A stretch of 63,917 nt of DNA from Malacoraja senta (taxonomy: Eukaryota). Shown one piece after another: positions 62,401-63,917 of this stretch. The translations under genes were made by a program, and so were the position numbers. The notes under the pieces are model-generated. The model made no database searches. It had not been told where the DNA came from and worked only from the letters and a program-made list of their open reading frames with translations. The DNA lies in assembly GCA_038087875.1 (NCBI GenBank), contig CM075998.1, forward strand, positions 1,612,084 to 1,676,000. The letters are read 5' to 3'. The first letter of the stretch is position 1. Every line of letters begins with the position of its first letter.

Positions 62401-62698
62401 CAAGTTCCTGCTGTCAGTTGGGCCATACTCAGGAGGTTCCACTGCTGAAACTAGATACCTCCTCTTGGACACAAGTCATCACATTAACATTATTCCAAAG
62501 CATACACCCTAATGTCCAAAACTCAGAATGTTCATTGGCAATTATTTTCCTACCACTTCCATAGAGCTTATTTGCAAATGTAAGAACCAAACCACAGACG
62601 ATTTTGATGTTCTTATACTTCGCTCTATTTAAGGATATTAAAATGAACAACCAGTGCTGCAAACAGCATCATCTTATAAATTGATAGGATTAATATTA

Positions 62699-62870
62699 TG
62701 TACATATTGTACATATTGTTTGCTATGCTGTGTTTGACAGGTTTTTAAAACATGTATTTACCTTTAGAAAATTCTTCTAAACAGTAGGTTAATGTTTCAA
62801 TTGATGCTGGGTTCCAGCGCGGTAGATCTTAATACAGTCCAAGTAAACGCTTTGTTTAAAAGGAAATAAA
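62699..62870 (+). terminator. candidate distal 3' end of zc3h10: tandem Pumilio-type elements and AATAAA
   Basis: TGTACATA at 62699 and 62708; AATAAA at 62865-62870. Confidence 0.35.
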
Positions 62871-63917
62871 AGTATTTGCACTTATTTGTATGAAATGCTG
62901 TCAAATGAAGAACAATAAAGGACATTTTAATTTTAGCTTGTACCATCTATTGACCTCTCATTTATTTTCAATTCCACATAAAAATAATTGGTGGGTAAAA
63001 TGTTTTAAAATTCGCACCTTTGAGAATTTAAGAAGCATCACTGTTTTGTTGAAGGATCAGTTGACTATGGGTAATGTTTCTGAACAGTTAATTCTGACAT
63101 AGTACTAGAATTGAGGGGGAAATTCTCCACTAGTTTGAATCATCCCAACGAAGGAAGATAGTTATTGTTGTTGGCAGTGAATTATCTCAGCTTCACTTCA
63201 TCGCTGCAGGTGATGCTCTGTGTAGTTTTCTCAGCCCAACGATCTTCAGCTTCTGTCCATTACAAGGTTGGAAGTGGGGATATATGAATTACACCAATGT
63301 TTAATTCCATTTAAAAACCCTATGATAAAGCATGATCTAGACAGAGTTCAGATATGCACTATTAAGTGGCAATTTTTTGTTCCCACCGCACAATCAGGCA
63401 ATGACTCTCCCCAACAAAGTTGGGAAGTCACTTGCCATAGAATTCAGTGTCTAACCCACTCTTGTGGCCTTGGGGTCGACAATGCCTCACCTACACTAGT
63501 GCCCACAGTATCTTGAGGCGGCAGGCCCATTTATGTTTGTGGCCGATGGTGAACCCTATTTTCATCCTACGGTTCACAAACTTAAATGGGCCTGCTACGC
63601 CAAATTACCCTGAGCACTAGAGTGGGTCGGGCACTGTGAATCTCACGGCAAGTGGCTCCCCAGACCTTTCCACAATTTAGAAGGTGTGTCAAGAAAGTGC
63701 TGACTAAAAACTAGGTTGAGCTTGGTCAGCTTTGTTTCACTTAAGATCCCACCACAACATCTCAAAACTGACAAATATATATGAATCCCTTTAATGTTGA
63801 CTCAAATTGAGGTACCAGAGCTAAGCAGAGCAATGTTGTAAATGAGTGCCATGTGATTTTTTTACTTCAGCAAGGTGTTGGAGCTATGGATGCTTTTGGT
63901 GCATGGTAGGGGGACTG

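Noticed and set aside
1-63917. rpl41 or esyt1, neighbours of ZC3H10 in mammals
   Set aside because: I looked by eye for the tiny RPL41 exons (MRAK/WRKKRMR/RLKRKRRKMRQRSK) and found none; very small exons could have been missed

Overview
Vertebrate genomic DNA, most likely from a cartilaginous fish (skate/ray-type repeat landscape: CR1/HER1-like LINEs, an HE1-like V-SINE, Rex1/Babar fragments and about 20 Penelope-derived palindromic elements). The genic content is a local cluster of four ZC3H10-family CCCH zinc-finger genes. (1) An intact canonical zc3h10 on + (CDS 55161-56351, 3 fingers). (2) Paralog A on - (12757-13446), with 2 fingers and a truncated C-terminus. (3) A decayed 2-finger pseudogene on - (~22450-22828) that the ORF track misses. 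(4) Paralog B on - (40328-41974), with finger 1 amplified four times (6 fingers in total) and two single-base frameshifts. All four share a homologous splice acceptor. A 632-bp perfectly duplicated CpG-rich block upstream of paralog A and of the pseudogene is homologous to the non-coding first exon of zc3h10. Other notable items: a non-autonomous Helitron (4684-7449) carrying a captured HTRA2 exon fragment and a nested L2 LINE; minimal hammerhead-ribozyme cores in the Penelope-derived palindromes; a TIR element with a CTCF-like motif; and a perfect 36-bp hairpin. Most short ORFs in the track are noise or transposon debris. All identifications come from reading the sequence by eye, and repeat boundaries are approximate.
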